From positions 186,001-250,000 of the IMG/VR virus record IMGVR_UViG_3300042549_005931: a DNA stretch of 64,000 bases; one strand, 5' to 3'. Below the pieces are notes generated by a model, which was not told the DNA's origin, searched no databases, and saw only the letters and a program-made list of their open reading frames with translations. This document shows, in pieces, positions 25,867-36,626 of this stretch; the first letter of the stretch is position 1, and every line of letters starts with the position of its first letter. The translations under genes were made by a program, and so were the position numbers.

Positions 25867-26328
25867 ATGAAACAATTCAAAACCCTCCATGGTAAACCGA
25901 TACCAGAGGTTGTAGAGTACATCAAGGATTACATCTCAACAAGAGAGAATGTTCAAATTCTCATCGGTTCCGACTCACAATGTTATGCTAACACAAAGAC
26001 CGTTTACGGTGTTGTTATTGCTCTTTACACTTCCGGTAAAGGTGCACATGTATTGTGTACACGTGAGACGGTTCCTATGGAGAGGAATATGAATCTTCGT
26101 TTAATGACTGAAGTTTGGAAGTCTATTGAACTTGCAGAATATCTTAGAGAAAACGGTATTCAAAAAGCCGACTTTATTGATATTGATTTAAACCCTGATA
26201 GAAAATACAAATCAAACAGTTCTTTAAGACAAGCAATTGGTTTTGTTGAGGGTATGGGTTATCAAGCAAGATGGAAACACGAAGGTGCAATTATAACATA
26301 TGCCGCTAATCATTTAGTAAGATTATGA
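25867..26328 (+). CDS. RNase H-like YkuK (DUF458) family protein
   Basis: IGSDSQ...RLMTEVWKS...IDLNP motifs. Confidence 0.75.
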   Translation: MKQFKTLHGKPIPEVVEYIKDYISTRENVQILIGSDSQCYANTKTVYGVVIALYTSGKGAHVLCTRETVPMERNMNLRLMTEVWKSIELAEYLRENGIQKADFIDIDLNPDRKYKSNSSLRQAIGFVEGMGYQARWKHEGAIITYAANHLVRL

Positions 26329-26527
26329 GCAAGGATATGGACCGTCTTAGTGAAGACAATTACAAACAACGAAATGAATCTTATATTCAGAGACTTCGAG
26401 ATGAACGTGAAGAGAAATTAAAGAAACGTTATGAAGAATTGAGAGGAACAAAACTGGAAGAAAAAAAAGAAGATAAATGATTTCGTATTTTAAAATTTTT
26501 TATTTATATTTTTAAAAAATAAGAAAT

Positions 26528-26737
26528 ATGAAATGTATCAAAAGTAAAGACGGTGAGATTCGTCGAGTGTCAGATGTAGATGCTGACAACAAAGTTAAAG
26601 TACATGGATGGAAGTTTGTACCGAAGTCTGAATGGAAATTAAACGTAAGAGGTTCGGTAAATGTTAAACAAAACGCACCGAAAGAAAAGAAAGAAAAAGT
26701 AGTTAGTGAGTACAAAGAAAAAAAATCAAAAAAATAA
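26528..26737 (+). CDS. small basic hypothetical protein
   Basis: IRRVSD...GWKFVPKSEWK. Confidence 0.65.
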   Translation: MKCIKSKDGEIRRVSDVDADNKVKVHGWKFVPKSEWKLNVRGSVNVKQNAPKEKKEKVVSEYKEKKSKK

Positions 26738-26835
26738 TTTAATATATTTTGTTTTTTAAATTTTTTTTCGTAAGTTTGTAAAAGAAATCACAACGGTGGT
26801 TTTTTAAAAGAGAAAGTTCTTTGAATTAAAGATAT

Positions 26836-27603
26836 CGGCGGTCTATAGTCGTTAAATAAACTACGAAAGTAGGATAAAGTGAATCGAAAGTTATAAACGG
26901 TTTGCGGTTTCGGTAACGGAACTCGAGTAGACAAGCAAGACATCATCTGTCCTTAGTTCCGAGGGTAACACTGTAGGAAATGGATAGGTGACTTGGCAAT
27001 CTGAGTTGTCAAGTTGAGGTGGGAACACTAATAAGAGTAACTTGTGGAACTTTACAAGAAATGGGACCTCCAATCTCACTATTGTGTTGTTCAATATCAT
27101 GGGTACCTTAAAATCGAAAGGTATGGTGAAGTACGAGTGGTGTCGTTATCATCCTTAATAAAACCCTACCAAGAGTTTTATTTTGAAGGTGTCCAAAAGT
27201 ATGGAGGTTGGGAGACTTCAGAGAGTAGTTTAGTATTCTGTTGTTCAAAAGATAATGGAGCTGGCAGACGGGCCACTACTTTCAAGATTCGGAAACAAAA
27301 AACCCTTACAATGGTGTAAATCAAAAAAAAGGAAAAGTGCTCGTCAGTCGTTGGAAACAGGTGACTACATAGTCGTGAGATGTTCACGGCCATAGAAGAC
27401 CCCAAGTCCGATATGATTTTTGAGAAAAGTTCTATATAGTGCGGCGGTATTGTATAGAGAAGAGTAACGAGAGAGTATTCAACGACTTAAGGATTGGTTA
27501 ATCTAATTGACCGTCACTGATTGGTACAGTTCAAAAGACTGTGGATAAGAGAAGAATCAATAATGTCTCTAAAGTCAATCACAAAATGGTGTAATCTCAG
27601 CCA
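26836..27603 (+). ncRNA. giant structured ncRNA, GOLLD-like
   Basis: ~770-nt purine-rich non-coding tract with many hairpins, own TAAGTTTG promoter and boxA-like site, near tRNA arrays of a phage. Confidence 0.6.
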
Positions 27604-27736
27604 AATTAAAAAGACATTTTTAGGTTTCTTGGAACCATAATAATCCAAGTGGTGGAATTAACCTTAATCGGTTGGCCCTTAGGGATGGAGAAATCTATCC
27701 CTTTTTTTATTCATTTATTTTATTTATATTTGTTTT

Positions 27737-28483
27737 ATGAGAATCGTTTGTATTTCTGACACCCATGACCTTCATCAAAAGATGACACATAAGTTACCGA
27801 AAGGTGATGTGTTAATCCATGCGGGTGATGTTAGTAATATTGGAGAACAACCCGATGTAACACGATTTATTCATTGGTTCATGAATATTGAAGGATATGA
27901 TTCTAAAATATTTATTGCCGGTAATCACGACTTTGCATTTGAGAGAATTAATGAACCACACCATAAAGGTGATTTTGAATGGTTATCTAATTTAATCAAT
28001 GAAGAAAATCTATCTCAATCTAATGTAACATATTTGGAAGATAATTTCATTACCATTGAAAGTCCTGAATTCTCAAGACCAATTAAGATTTATGGTAGTC
28101 CTTGGCAACCTGAATTTTATAATTGGGCATTTAACTTACCACGTGGTGGTGATGATATGTTTGAGAAATGGAATATGATACCCGATGATACAGATGTATT
28201 AATCACACACGGACCGGCAGAGAATGTTAGGGACTTTGTTCCTAATGGTCAAATCGTTGGTTGTGGTATGTTAAGACATCGTATTGAAACAATTAGACCG
28301 GCATTACATGTATGTGGTCACATACATTACGCATACGGTGTGTCTTTAGTTAATAGTATTATGTATGTGAATGCGGCAATATGTGATGAAAGATATTCAC
28401 CATCAAATAAACCTATTGTCATTGACCTAAAAGAAGTTGATGGCGAGATTTTAGCTTACTTAGTAGAAGATGAATCCAATTAG
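27737..28483 (+). CDS. metallophosphoesterase
   Basis: SDTH, HAGD, AGNHD, THGP, GHIH motifs. Confidence 0.9.
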   Translation: MRIVCISDTHDLHQKMTHKLPKGDVLIHAGDVSNIGEQPDVTRFIHWFMNIEGYDSKIFIAGNHDFAFERINEPHHKGDFEWLSNLINEENLSQSNVTYLEDNFITIESPEFSRPIKIYGSPWQPEFYNWAFNLPRGGDDMFEKWNMIPDDTDVLITHGPAENVRDFVPNGQIVGCGMLRHRIETIRPALHVCGHIHYAYGVSLVNSIMYVNAAICDERYSPSNKPIVIDLKEVDGEILAYLVEDESN

Positions 28484-29135
28484 TGTAGTTATCTCAACAA
28501 GAGAAATTGATAATGATTATTTGAAACATGTTAGTAAGGTGTTTTCACATCCTAAAACTGAAATCATTATTTACGAAAACCAAGGTGATTTTTCGTTACC
28601 TGAATTGTATAATAAGGGATTAAAGGATTCAAAAAATGAGGTTGTTGTGTTCATGCACGATGACCTCATCATTGAAACACCTAATTTAACCCCCAAAATC
28701 TTACGACTGTTCAACGATAATCCTGAGTATGGTATAATCGGTGTTGCCGGTACTGATAATCTCCTGAGTGGAATGTGGTGGCAAGATAGAGAATCTATGC
28801 AAGGTCAAGTCGGTCATGAACATGAAGGAAGAAAACATACCAACAAATACTCCGGTACATTTGGTGAAAACTTAAAAGAAGTTGTTGTAATTGATGGTTT
28901 GTTTATGTGTATTCATAAGGAGAGAATTAAACATAACTTCAACGAACAATTTGAAGGATTTCACTTCTACGATTTACCAATCTGTTTGGAGAATTATCTT
29001 GACGGAGTAAAAATTGGTGTAACAACCAAAATTAAATTAACACATAAGTCAATTGGTGTTACAAATAAAAAGTGGGAGAAAAATAAGTTGTTATTTGAAG
29101 CTCTATATGAGAAGAAATTACCAATTAAGATTTAA
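28470..29135 (+). CDS. glycosyltransferase (GT2-like)
   Basis: YNKGL, FMHDD, IDGLF, FHFYD motifs. Confidence 0.75.
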   Translation: MNPISVVISTREIDNDYLKHVSKVFSHPKTEIIIYENQGDFSLPELYNKGLKDSKNEVVVFMHDDLIIETPNLTPKILRLFNDNPEYGIIGVAGTDNLLSGMWWQDRESMQGQVGHEHEGRKHTNKYSGTFGENLKEVVVIDGLFMCIHKERIKHNFNEQFEGFHFYDLPICLENYLDGVKIGVTTKIKLTHKSIGVTNKKWEKNKLLFEALYEKKLPIKI

Positions 29136-29170
29136 CCCTAATAATCAAATATTTATATATAAAAAACATT

Positions 29171-29422
29171 ATGAAAAAATTAATAGAATTTATTAAAAAC
29201 CTTTTTGTTAAAGTTGATAAGATTGAACAAGAAGTAGAACAAATGGTTGAAAAAAGTAATGCTTCACCTGAAACTAAAGTTAAACTTAAAAAAGAGTTAA
29301 AGAAAATTGATGCGGTTGAAGAACAAGCTAAAGAAGCCGTTATTGACGCTGTCGAGAAAGTTGAAGTGGCAGTTGAGGTTGTAAAGAAAAAGAAACGTTA
29401 TTACAGACCAAAGAAAAAATAA
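29171..29422 (+). CDS. hypothetical protein
   Basis: 83-aa ORF after TATTTATA. Confidence 0.6.
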   Translation: MKKLIEFIKNLFVKVDKIEQEVEQMVEKSNASPETKVKLKKELKKIDAVEEQAKEAVIDAVEKVEVAVEVVKKKKRYYRPKKK

Positions 29423-29468
29423 ATTGGTATAGTAAAATATTTTACATACATTTGTAAAACATTTACAT

Positions 29469-29870
29469 GGGGATGACCGGCATTTGACTGGCGTTTGTAT
29501 TGTAAGTGGGCACGTAGTCAGACTTCATCTATGACTTAAATAAACGGTGGAAACTTTTAGACGGCAACGTTTACAAAAACATGGAAATTGCGGGTATTCT
29601 TGCAACTTCTAACGTAGCAGTAGCCTAAGGCAAACCTACAACGGGTCGACTGACATATAACCTAGGAACAGAAGTCTTCAAAGTGTGATACCACTCAGAG
29701 TGTCAAAGGTCTCGTTCAGAGTGCTACCTTAAGTGAACTCGACACAGTTATTGGTAACGATGTCAAAATAGGAACCAATTATTTGTCTATTGAGAACTAA
29801 TAGAATAAACGTGTAGTCCATTTATTATTCGGCGGACAGGACCAGGGTTCGAATCCCTGCATCTCCACCA
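29469..29870 (+). ncRNA. ssrA: tmRNA
   Basis: GGGGATGA...GAC 5' end, GGTTCGAATCCC...CTCCACCA 3' end, tag ORF GNVYKNMEIAGILATSNVAVA* at 29563-29628. Confidence 0.93.
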
Positions 29871-30093
29871 AAACAAAAACCCATCATTTGATGGGTTTTT
29901 TTATATCTTTATGTTCTCAGGTCCTATAACGACCAAAAGGTCCGAAGACCCTTTTGTCGAGATTTAAGAACACCTCCTTTTCGTTTATAAAAGTTATCGT
30001 CTAACGGCGACCAAACCAATCAGACTCTCTTATAAATATCGCAAAAAAAAGAGTTAGACGATTTATCTAACTCTTTTAATGAAAAAAATTCAA

Positions 30094-32238
30094 TTATCTT
30101 TTTTGCCAAACATAACGAGCACCCTTGTCTGTGGCAGTCACATTAGAAGGGTCATATTCCATTTTATCTAAATACCTATCAAGTTTTTGTTTTTCTGACG
30201 GTTCAAGTGCCGGACCATTATATGCTGTTCTACCAAGTACACCTGTTGCATTAAACAAACCATTCTGAACTAATGAATTATAATATGCGGCATCTGTCAT
30301 ACCTTCAGATGCCGATGCTCCCGACGCTGATGTATTTGCACTTGGTATTTTAGGAAGGTCAACCGATTTCATTTGAATTGGAGTTCTTAAGTATTTAACA
30401 TCAGCACCACCCTCAGTTGAAGTTGCTGTTTGTGCAACACTACCTTGTTTACAATCTGCCATTACTTTATCATATATAGCTTTAGTAATACCATTTTTTA
30501 CATCATGTCCCTTTTCAATTAATTTATTACGAGTATTAGGTCCAAATTTACCATCAGATGAAAGGCCTAAACATGCTTGAATCTGTGCGATTTTTTGGTC
30601 TTTACATCCGTATGTTAATGGAGTAGTTTCAATATTTACATTCGAACAATCATAATATGTTCTACGAGTGGTACTTCCACCACCTCCTGAGTTTCCGTCT
30701 CCACCACCTGGTTTTCTGTCTTTGTCCCATACAATTTTTAAATCACTTTCTTCACTTTGTTCACCAATAATGTTTACTTTTCTTGGTGATTGTTGTTGGT
30801 TAGGGTTGGTTTGTGTGGGTGTTACTGGTACAACTTTACCACTTTCAATTTGGTCAAGTAATGCAATTAATTTTTCCTTTAATCTTACCGAACCTGGTTG
30901 AGATGTATATATCATCTTTAATGTTGTACGTAAACTTGTATTTAAAAAATGTCCAGATTTTTCATAATAATGTAAAAAATCTTGAACTTTAGGACTAGTT
31001 GAATACTTAACTAATAAATTATATGCCTTTTGTAAATCACTTTGACTTACCGGAAAATCTAAAAAGTCAATCATATAATTAACATCCCTATCAACCTCAA
31101 CGTCAGATTGCTCCATTAAGTATCTTTCATTCAATACTCTTTTCACGATTTGACTCAGACTTTCATTTACTTGAGTTTTACCCATGTTTTCGTTTGTTTG
31201 AGCTTTACCAGCGGTACATGTCCATGTACCCATATCTTTATTTTGAAGATTCATTATTCTACCATTAGGATAAAATCGTAATCCACTTGGATACTTTTCA
31301 GAAGCTGGTGTAGTTACACCAACTTGTCCCGATTTTGTTGTTGAAAGTTGTGCTTGTTTATTTTTAAGCATTGATGTTAAACAAGGACCCCAATTTGTTG
31401 GGGAAGTGTCTTCTATTGGGTTTCCATTTTCATCAACAAGTACTACCGCAGTATCGTCAGTTGATTGATAGAAATAATAAAGTGCCGCTGCCCCTAATCC
31501 CACAGCTGTAAGTGTTGATAACATCTTATTATTTACAACTACTTTTTTAACTCTACCAGGGAATTTCATTAACCCTTCTTTAGTAGTTTTAAAAATACCT
31601 TTTACTGTTTTAATTACCACATTATTACCAAGACCCTTGGCAATATTTGCTCCAGTACCTGTTGTTACTTTTGCATCTTTAGCAAGTAGTTTTTGGACTT
31701 GATTAATACTAATCTTATCCATACCCGAAATTGTTTTCTGAGCGTTAGCCCATTTTGACTGCATTTTACTTGCATTTTGAAATTCCTTGGTTGCCAATGA
31801 TATATCTTTACTTGTGGCATTAGCATCTTTTGATACTTTATTAATGTTACTTTTAGCGGCCTTAACATCAGCGGAGGCTAAACCTTTAGTATTTGCTGCT
31901 GTTTCAGCTATCTGTCTTTCTATACCTTCTTGTACACTGTCCACCAATTTTTGTGCTTCGTTTTTATTAACTTTAACCAAATCATCAAACGACATTTTAT
32001 GTTTTACTCTACACGCTTCTTGTGTTAATTCCTTAAGTGATTGTGCATATTCAGGAGTTTTACGGAATGAAGCTGCGGTAAATTTCTTACCACTTTTAAC
32101 AACGTCATTTAATGCTTTATTTATTGCAGCTTCGGCTGCTGCACCAATTGTACTCTTAAAATTTTTACCAAATATTGAACTTATAAATTTTTGGAGAGCT
32201 CCTTCATTTAATAGTACTGATGTTTTATTGTTTTCCAT
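30094..32238 (-). CDS. large protein with TM segment and peptidoglycan-binding-like motif
   Basis: IQACLGLSSDGKFGPNT PG-binding motif; central TM. Confidence 0.6.
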   Translation of the reverse strand: MENNKTSVLLNEGALQKFISSIFGKNFKSTIGAAAEAAINKALNDVVKSGKKFTAASFRKTPEYAQSLKELTQEACRVKHKMSFDDLVKVNKNEAQKLVDSVQEGIERQIAETAANTKGLASADVKAAKSNINKVSKDANATSKDISLATKEFQNASKMQSKWANAQKTISGMDKISINQVQKLLAKDAKVTTGTGANIAKGLGNNVVIKTVKGIFKTTKEGLMKFPGRVKKVVVNNKMLSTLTAVGLGAAALYYFYQSTDDTAVVLVDENGNPIEDTSPTNWGPCLTSMLKNKQAQLSTTKSGQVGVTTPASEKYPSGLRFYPNGRIMNLQNKDMGTWTCTAGKAQTNENMGKTQVNESLSQIVKRVLNERYLMEQSDVEVDRDVNYMIDFLDFPVSQSDLQKAYNLLVKYSTSPKVQDFLHYYEKSGHFLNTSLRTTLKMIYTSQPGSVRLKEKLIALLDQIESGKVVPVTPTQTNPNQQQSPRKVNIIGEQSEESDLKIVWDKDRKPGGGDGNSGGGGSTTRRTYYDCSNVNIETTPLTYGCKDQKIAQIQACLGLSSDGKFGPNTRNKLIEKGHDVKNGITKAIYDKVMADCKQGSVAQTATSTEGGADVKYLRTPIQMKSVDLPKIPSANTSASGASASEGMTDAAYYNSLVQNGLFNATGVLGRTAYNGPALEPSEKQKLDRYLDKMEYDPSNVTATDKGARYVWQKR

Positions 32239-32256
32239 GTTTATATTTTTATTTTT

Positions 32257-33399
32257 TTATTTTATTCCTGCCATTTGTAGTATTAAGTCACCTTCCTCAT
32301 CTGAAAATTTAGCCTTTCCTAAACCTGTCATCTTTTGTAATTTTTGGTCAAATGATGCAATTGCTGTACCTACTTTATTCCCCTTATCAACTGTACTTAT
32401 TCCGTGTTCAACACCTTTACCCACACCATAAACCGCAACACCTGTTGCGGTTGCTTTTGCACCTTCTTTAGAGAATAATTTACTTAAGAAAGCTGAAAAT
32501 TTAGTTAATACATTATCAATAAATCCTAAAATTTTAGATATAACACCAGTCGAACTTTTTCCTAATTTTTTTGATAATGTGTTAGCTACACTTTTTAATT
32601 GACCCTTTAAAGATGGAATTTTTGTTGCCAATGATTCAAGCATCTTTACCATTGTTGGGGCGGCTTTTTTTACACCTTTTTTAGCTATTGCTGGTACCGT
32701 TTTTCTAAATGCTAAAGCCGCACCACCCGTAAAAACACACCCAATTAAATCGGCGATTAAGAAGAAAAACGGCATTTGCATTCTTCCTGGGTCTTGTGGG
32801 TCATAATCTCCAGTACCAATTTCGTATATATCTAATAGTACAACCACAAACCACACAATTGCGTTTGTCTTTGCGGCTAATATTGAAACAATAACGTCAA
32901 TTACAATACCAACACCCGTATAAAGTCCACGTCTTACCCACCTTAATGCCGGTAGAACACCCTGATTAAATACCGTTTTTGCAGTTTCTATTGCCGCAGA
33001 ACCTAATGTGGAACCAATATTTTTAATCCCTGAGGTTATTGAATCCCAAATACCTTCCGAAATAACTCCTTTGTCGGCAATCCATTCGGAAACTAATTCT
33101 TTTTTCCATACGATTGATTCCACAATATTGTTAATGTTAACTTTAACTTCCTCATTTAAAGTTTCCATTTTGGAAATTGATTCGTTAATTAGTTCATTAA
33201 AAATATATGTATGTTCCCAAATTGAACCAATTGTATTTCCGTCACCACCTGCAACAAATACATTGTCCATGATGATTACATATTTTTCATTTTCAGTCAA
33301 TACAAAATCGAACACAAAGTCTTTTGATTTTTTGGGCTCATATAAAGACCTAATTCTATCTCTTTCAGATTCCGTAATTATCATTTTTTGACGTACCAT
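32257..33399 (-). CDS. hydrophobic hypothetical (possible virion/ejected) protein
   Basis: IITESE N-terminal motif; several hydrophobic helices. Confidence 0.55.
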   Translation of the reverse strand: MVRQKMIITESERDRIRSLYEPKKSKDFVFDFVLTENEKYVIIMDNVFVAGGDGNTIGSIWEHTYIFNELINESISKMETLNEEVKVNINNIVESIVWKKELVSEWIADKGVISEGIWDSITSGIKNIGSTLGSAAIETAKTVFNQGVLPALRWVRRGLYTGVGIVIDVIVSILAAKTNAIVWFVVVLLDIYEIGTGDYDPQDPGRMQMPFFFLIADLIGCVFTGGAALAFRKTVPAIAKKGVKKAAPTMVKMLESLATKIPSLKGQLKSVANTLSKKLGKSSTGVISKILGFIDNVLTKFSAFLSKLFSKEGAKATATGVAVYGVGKGVEHGISTVDKGNKVGTAIASFDQKLQKMTGLGKAKFSDEEGDLILQMAGIK

Positions 33400-33400
33400 A

Positions 33401-33673
33401 TTATTTTAATTGATTTGCTTTACCTCTCTTTAATGTGGAACCTACAATGTCAGACCATTTAGTCACACCAATTTGATTGGCAGGACCTCTTGTAAGACCA
33501 CTTTCCCACTTACCAACTGATGGATAACCTTGACCACCAGATTGAGTACTTGATGTGCCTGCACTTGGTGTAGAAGAAACAGGTTCAGCTTCCGATTGTT
33601 CATCAATTTCTTGATTTTGAACTTCGTTTGAAAGGATTAACTTTAACTGTTTTTCGGTTATGATATATTCCAT
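33401..33673 (-). CDS. hypothetical protein
   Basis: probable start MEYIITEKQL; repeated W.SG..RG.ANQ. Confidence 0.6.
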   Translation of the reverse strand: MEYIITEKQLKLILSNEVQNQEIDEQSEAEPVSSTPSAGTSSTQSGGQGYPSVGKWESGLTRGPANQIGVTKWSDIVGSTLKRGKANQLK

Positions 33674-33746
33674 AGTTAATAAATATCGACAAATCTCTTT
33701 GTGGTTTATATAAAATATGTAATTTTGTAAAAAATATAAACATAAC

Positions 33747-34322
33747 ATGAAAAAATTACTGTTATTTTCATCATTATTACTATCAGGATGTCAAGTATAT
33801 GAGTTTCCAAACGAGACACCGAGGTTGACAGGAGGTAAATGGGTATTATCAAACTACGATATTGTTGTAATTAATTCAATATCTAATGTTACTGTTATTA
33901 AAAACGATACTGTTTGTATCAACGCATTTAATGGGCAGAGTTATGTTAGTGGAAATGTTTTGATGAAACAATTTTATAACCAAACGGCAAAAGACAGAAG
34001 ATTTGTAATTGGTAAAACAACTTGGGAATTTGACAGTAACAGTAATCACTTATATTGTGATTTTATGGATAAAAATGGTTCATTAATGCCTACACATAAT
34101 CCATATTGGGTTAACATGTCAGGATATACAAGAAATATATCAATAAGTAATGTTGAAAATGGTGGTGTAACAAATTATACGTTTGAAACAAACACTGTTG
34201 GTGTAAACCCACCTAAAATATTAAAATTATTGAGTCCCGAAATTGTAACTGATTTATATGTTGATGGTGGTAAAAGAGATAAGGGTGTGACAGTTAGAAT
34301 ACTATTAACCTTTATGAGATAA
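33747..34322 (+). CDS. lipoprotein
   Basis: LLSGC lipobox. Confidence 0.7.
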   Translation: MKKLLLFSSLLLSGCQVYEFPNETPRLTGGKWVLSNYDIVVINSISNVTVIKNDTVCINAFNGQSYVSGNVLMKQFYNQTAKDRRFVIGKTTWEFDSNSNHLYCDFMDKNGSLMPTHNPYWVNMSGYTRNISISNVENGGVTNYTFETNTVGVNPPKILKLLSPEIVTDLYVDGGKRDKGVTVRILLTFMR

Positions 34323-34323
34323 A

Positions 34324-34695
34324 TTACTCATCATATATAGTTTCATCTAACCTTGAAAACATCTTGATAAACTGACCCGCCTTAGCGTTTGCCTCGTCTT
34401 CAATCTCACCACCAATATCCGGTGGTTTTGGTCCATCTAAACGACCATCTTCAAATTGTTTGTGATGTACGAGTTCATGTGCAATACTTCTCATCACATC
34501 GACTAACGCACGATTCTTACCGTATACCTTAACGACTTTGTTTTCTTGTCTGTAATCGTAATTTGCGGTGGTTTTAAGACCATCTCTTGTTGCCTTCACT
34601 AATATCTCCGGCATATTTTTAATGTCTAACTCCTTTTTAACGAATTTAACAAATTCACTTAACTTATTTTCTTTCTTCTCGTCTAAAAAACTCAT
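34324..34695 (-). CDS. HExxH metallopeptidase-like protein
   Basis: SIAHELVHHKQ...E.EANAKAG. Confidence 0.65.
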   Translation of the reverse strand: MSFLDEKKENKLSEFVKFVKKELDIKNMPEILVKATRDGLKTTANYDYRQENKVVKVYGKNRALVDVMRSIAHELVHHKQFEDGRLDGPKPPDIGGEIEDEANAKAGQFIKMFSRLDETIYDE

Positions 34696-34765
34696 ATTAA
34701 TAAATATAGAAAAATATATAAAATGATTATACAAAAAAATAACTATATTATGTATAATTAACGAT

Positions 34766-35092
34766 ATGATAGATTGGTATACTATAGAGTACTTGTACCC
34801 TAAGGCATTTAAAGAATTTAGTAAGAAGATGTTCCCTAATGTTGGGGTATTGAGTATATCGTCATTGGAGTTTTATGATACAAAGAAATTATATCATTTC
34901 TTTGATAAGGAAGGTGTTTATATGACAATTGAAATGTATAATCCAAAACAATGGGTATTTTCCATATCATTACATAGTGGTATCGTATTAGGTCCAAGAC
35001 AAGAATCTAAAACTACAAGAGAAGAGACAGAACTTGATGGTTTTATTGAATGTTTTAAAGTTTTAGATAACTTAATTAAAGATAAAAAGTAA
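34766..35092 (+). CDS. hypothetical protein
   Basis: 108-aa ORF. Confidence 0.6.
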   Translation: MIDWYTIEYLYPKAFKEFSKKMFPNVGVLSISSLEFYDTKKLYHFFDKEGVYMTIEMYNPKQWVFSISLHSGIVLGPRQESKTTREETELDGFIECFKVLDNLIKDKK

Positions 35093-35094
35093 TT

Positions 35095-35391
35095 ATGGAT
35101 ATGTCTATTAATTTCTTATTGCAAGCAACCAGAGTATTGAACTTTGGTCATTATGACGAGGTTGAACTATCAATGACGTATAATTATATTACTGCACTTG
35201 ACAATGAGATACTAAATGATTATTTTAATACATGTACAATACTATCATATGATAATGACCTCGAATTATATATTGAGATTGTTGAAACATTAATCTTAGT
35301 GTTTGAAGAAAGAGAAGAATATGAAAAATGTGCAAAACTAAAACGTAAAAAAGAAGAATCAATAAAAATAATCAATACAAACAAAATATAA
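35095..35391 (+). CDS. hypothetical protein with UVR-like motif
   Basis: EEYEKCAKLK. Confidence 0.6.
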   Translation: MDMSINFLLQATRVLNFGHYDEVELSMTYNYITALDNEILNDYFNTCTILSYDNDLELYIEIVETLILVFEEREEYEKCAKLKRKKEESIKIINTNKI

Positions 35392-35588
35392 TATGGGTAC
35401 AATTTTTCCTTGGTTTTTTTCATTTGCATTTGTTATCACGGGTTGCATTGTTATAATGATTGTCGATTATATCACTAAAAAAAGATAAAATATAACCAAG
35501 TTATTATTTTAAATTTCTATATATTATAGCAATAATATAATAATCAATAAATAGTTTTATTATATTTATGTATATATAAAATATACAA

Positions 35589-36626
35589 ATGAAACAATCT
35601 AAAATATTGTTTATCTTAAAAATAAAACAAAATTATGGTGTCACTAACGATTATAGTATAGGACTAAGCACGGGTCTTTACAATTCAGCTCAATTTATGA
35701 ATGAAATGTTAATAGATGGTGGATTTGATTCTCAAATGGTAAGTGTTGTTGACAACAATGATATTGATAGAGAGGTAACATTACACAAACCAACCCACGT
35801 TATTATTGAGGCACTTTGGGTTGTCCCATCTAAATTCGAAGTTCTTTGCAAATTACACCCAAATGTTAAATGGGTAATTCGTTTACATAGTGAAATACCA
35901 TTTTTAGCTAACGAAGGAATGGCGATGGATTGGTTAGGTGAATATTCAAAATATGATAATGTAATAATATCATGTAACTCACCTCAAACCACTAAAGATA
36001 TTGAATTTTTTATTCGAGCCAAAACGGGTATTGATAAAAAAATTGTATTTTTACCAAATTTTTATCCACAAGAATATAAAACAAAATCATTTAATTATAA
36101 AAGTGATATAATCCATGTGGGATGTTTTGGTGCGGTTAGACCACTTAAGAATCATCTTATACAAGCGGTCGCGGCAATTAAATTTGCAGATGAATTAGGT
36201 AAAAAATTACATTTTCATATTAATTCGGATAGGATTGAACAAAAAGGAGAACCAATATTAAATAACCTATTAGGTATGTTTAATCATTTAGAACATAAAG
36301 GACATCAATTGGTACACCATGAATGGAGTGTTAGAGAAGAATTTATTCAATTATGTTCCACAATGGATATAGGTATTCAAATATCCTTTAATGAAACTTT
36401 TAATATAGTAGGGGCTGATGTGATTTCACAGGGGGTTCCGTTAGTATCATCACCAGAAATACCTTGGGCTAATTCATTATTTACCGCAAGACAAACAAAT
36501 ACGGATGATATTGTAAATTCATTATTATGTACTTACAAATACCCTAAAATTAATGTGTTATTAAATCAAAGAGGTCTTAAACAATATACAAATAAAACAA
36601 AAAAAATATGGTTTAAGTTTTTTTAA
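35589..36626 (+). CDS. glycosyltransferase (GT-B/GT4-like)
   Basis: FGAVRPLKNH, ETFNIVGAD...GVP. Confidence 0.75.
   Translation: MKQSKILFILKIKQNYGVTNDYSIGLSTGLYNSAQFMNEMLIDGGFDSQMVSVVDNNDIDREVTLHKPTHVIIEALWVVPSKFEVLCKLHPNVKWVIRLHSEIPFLANEGMAMDWLGEYSKYDNVIISCNSPQTTKDIEFFIRAKTGIDKKIVFLPNFYPQEYKTKSFNYKSDIIHVGCFGAVRPLKNHLIQAVAAIKFADELGKKLHFHINSDRIEQKGEPILNNLLGMFNHLEHKGHQLVHHEWSVREEFIQLCSTMDIGIQISFNETFNIVGADVISQGVPLVSSPEIPWANSLFTARQTNTDDIVNSLLCTYKYPKINVLLNQRGLKQYTNKTKKIWFKFF

Noticed and set aside
26891-27405. Three short ORFs within the giant ncRNA
   Set aside because: Mutually overlapping, atypical composition, and the region is better explained as structured RNA.
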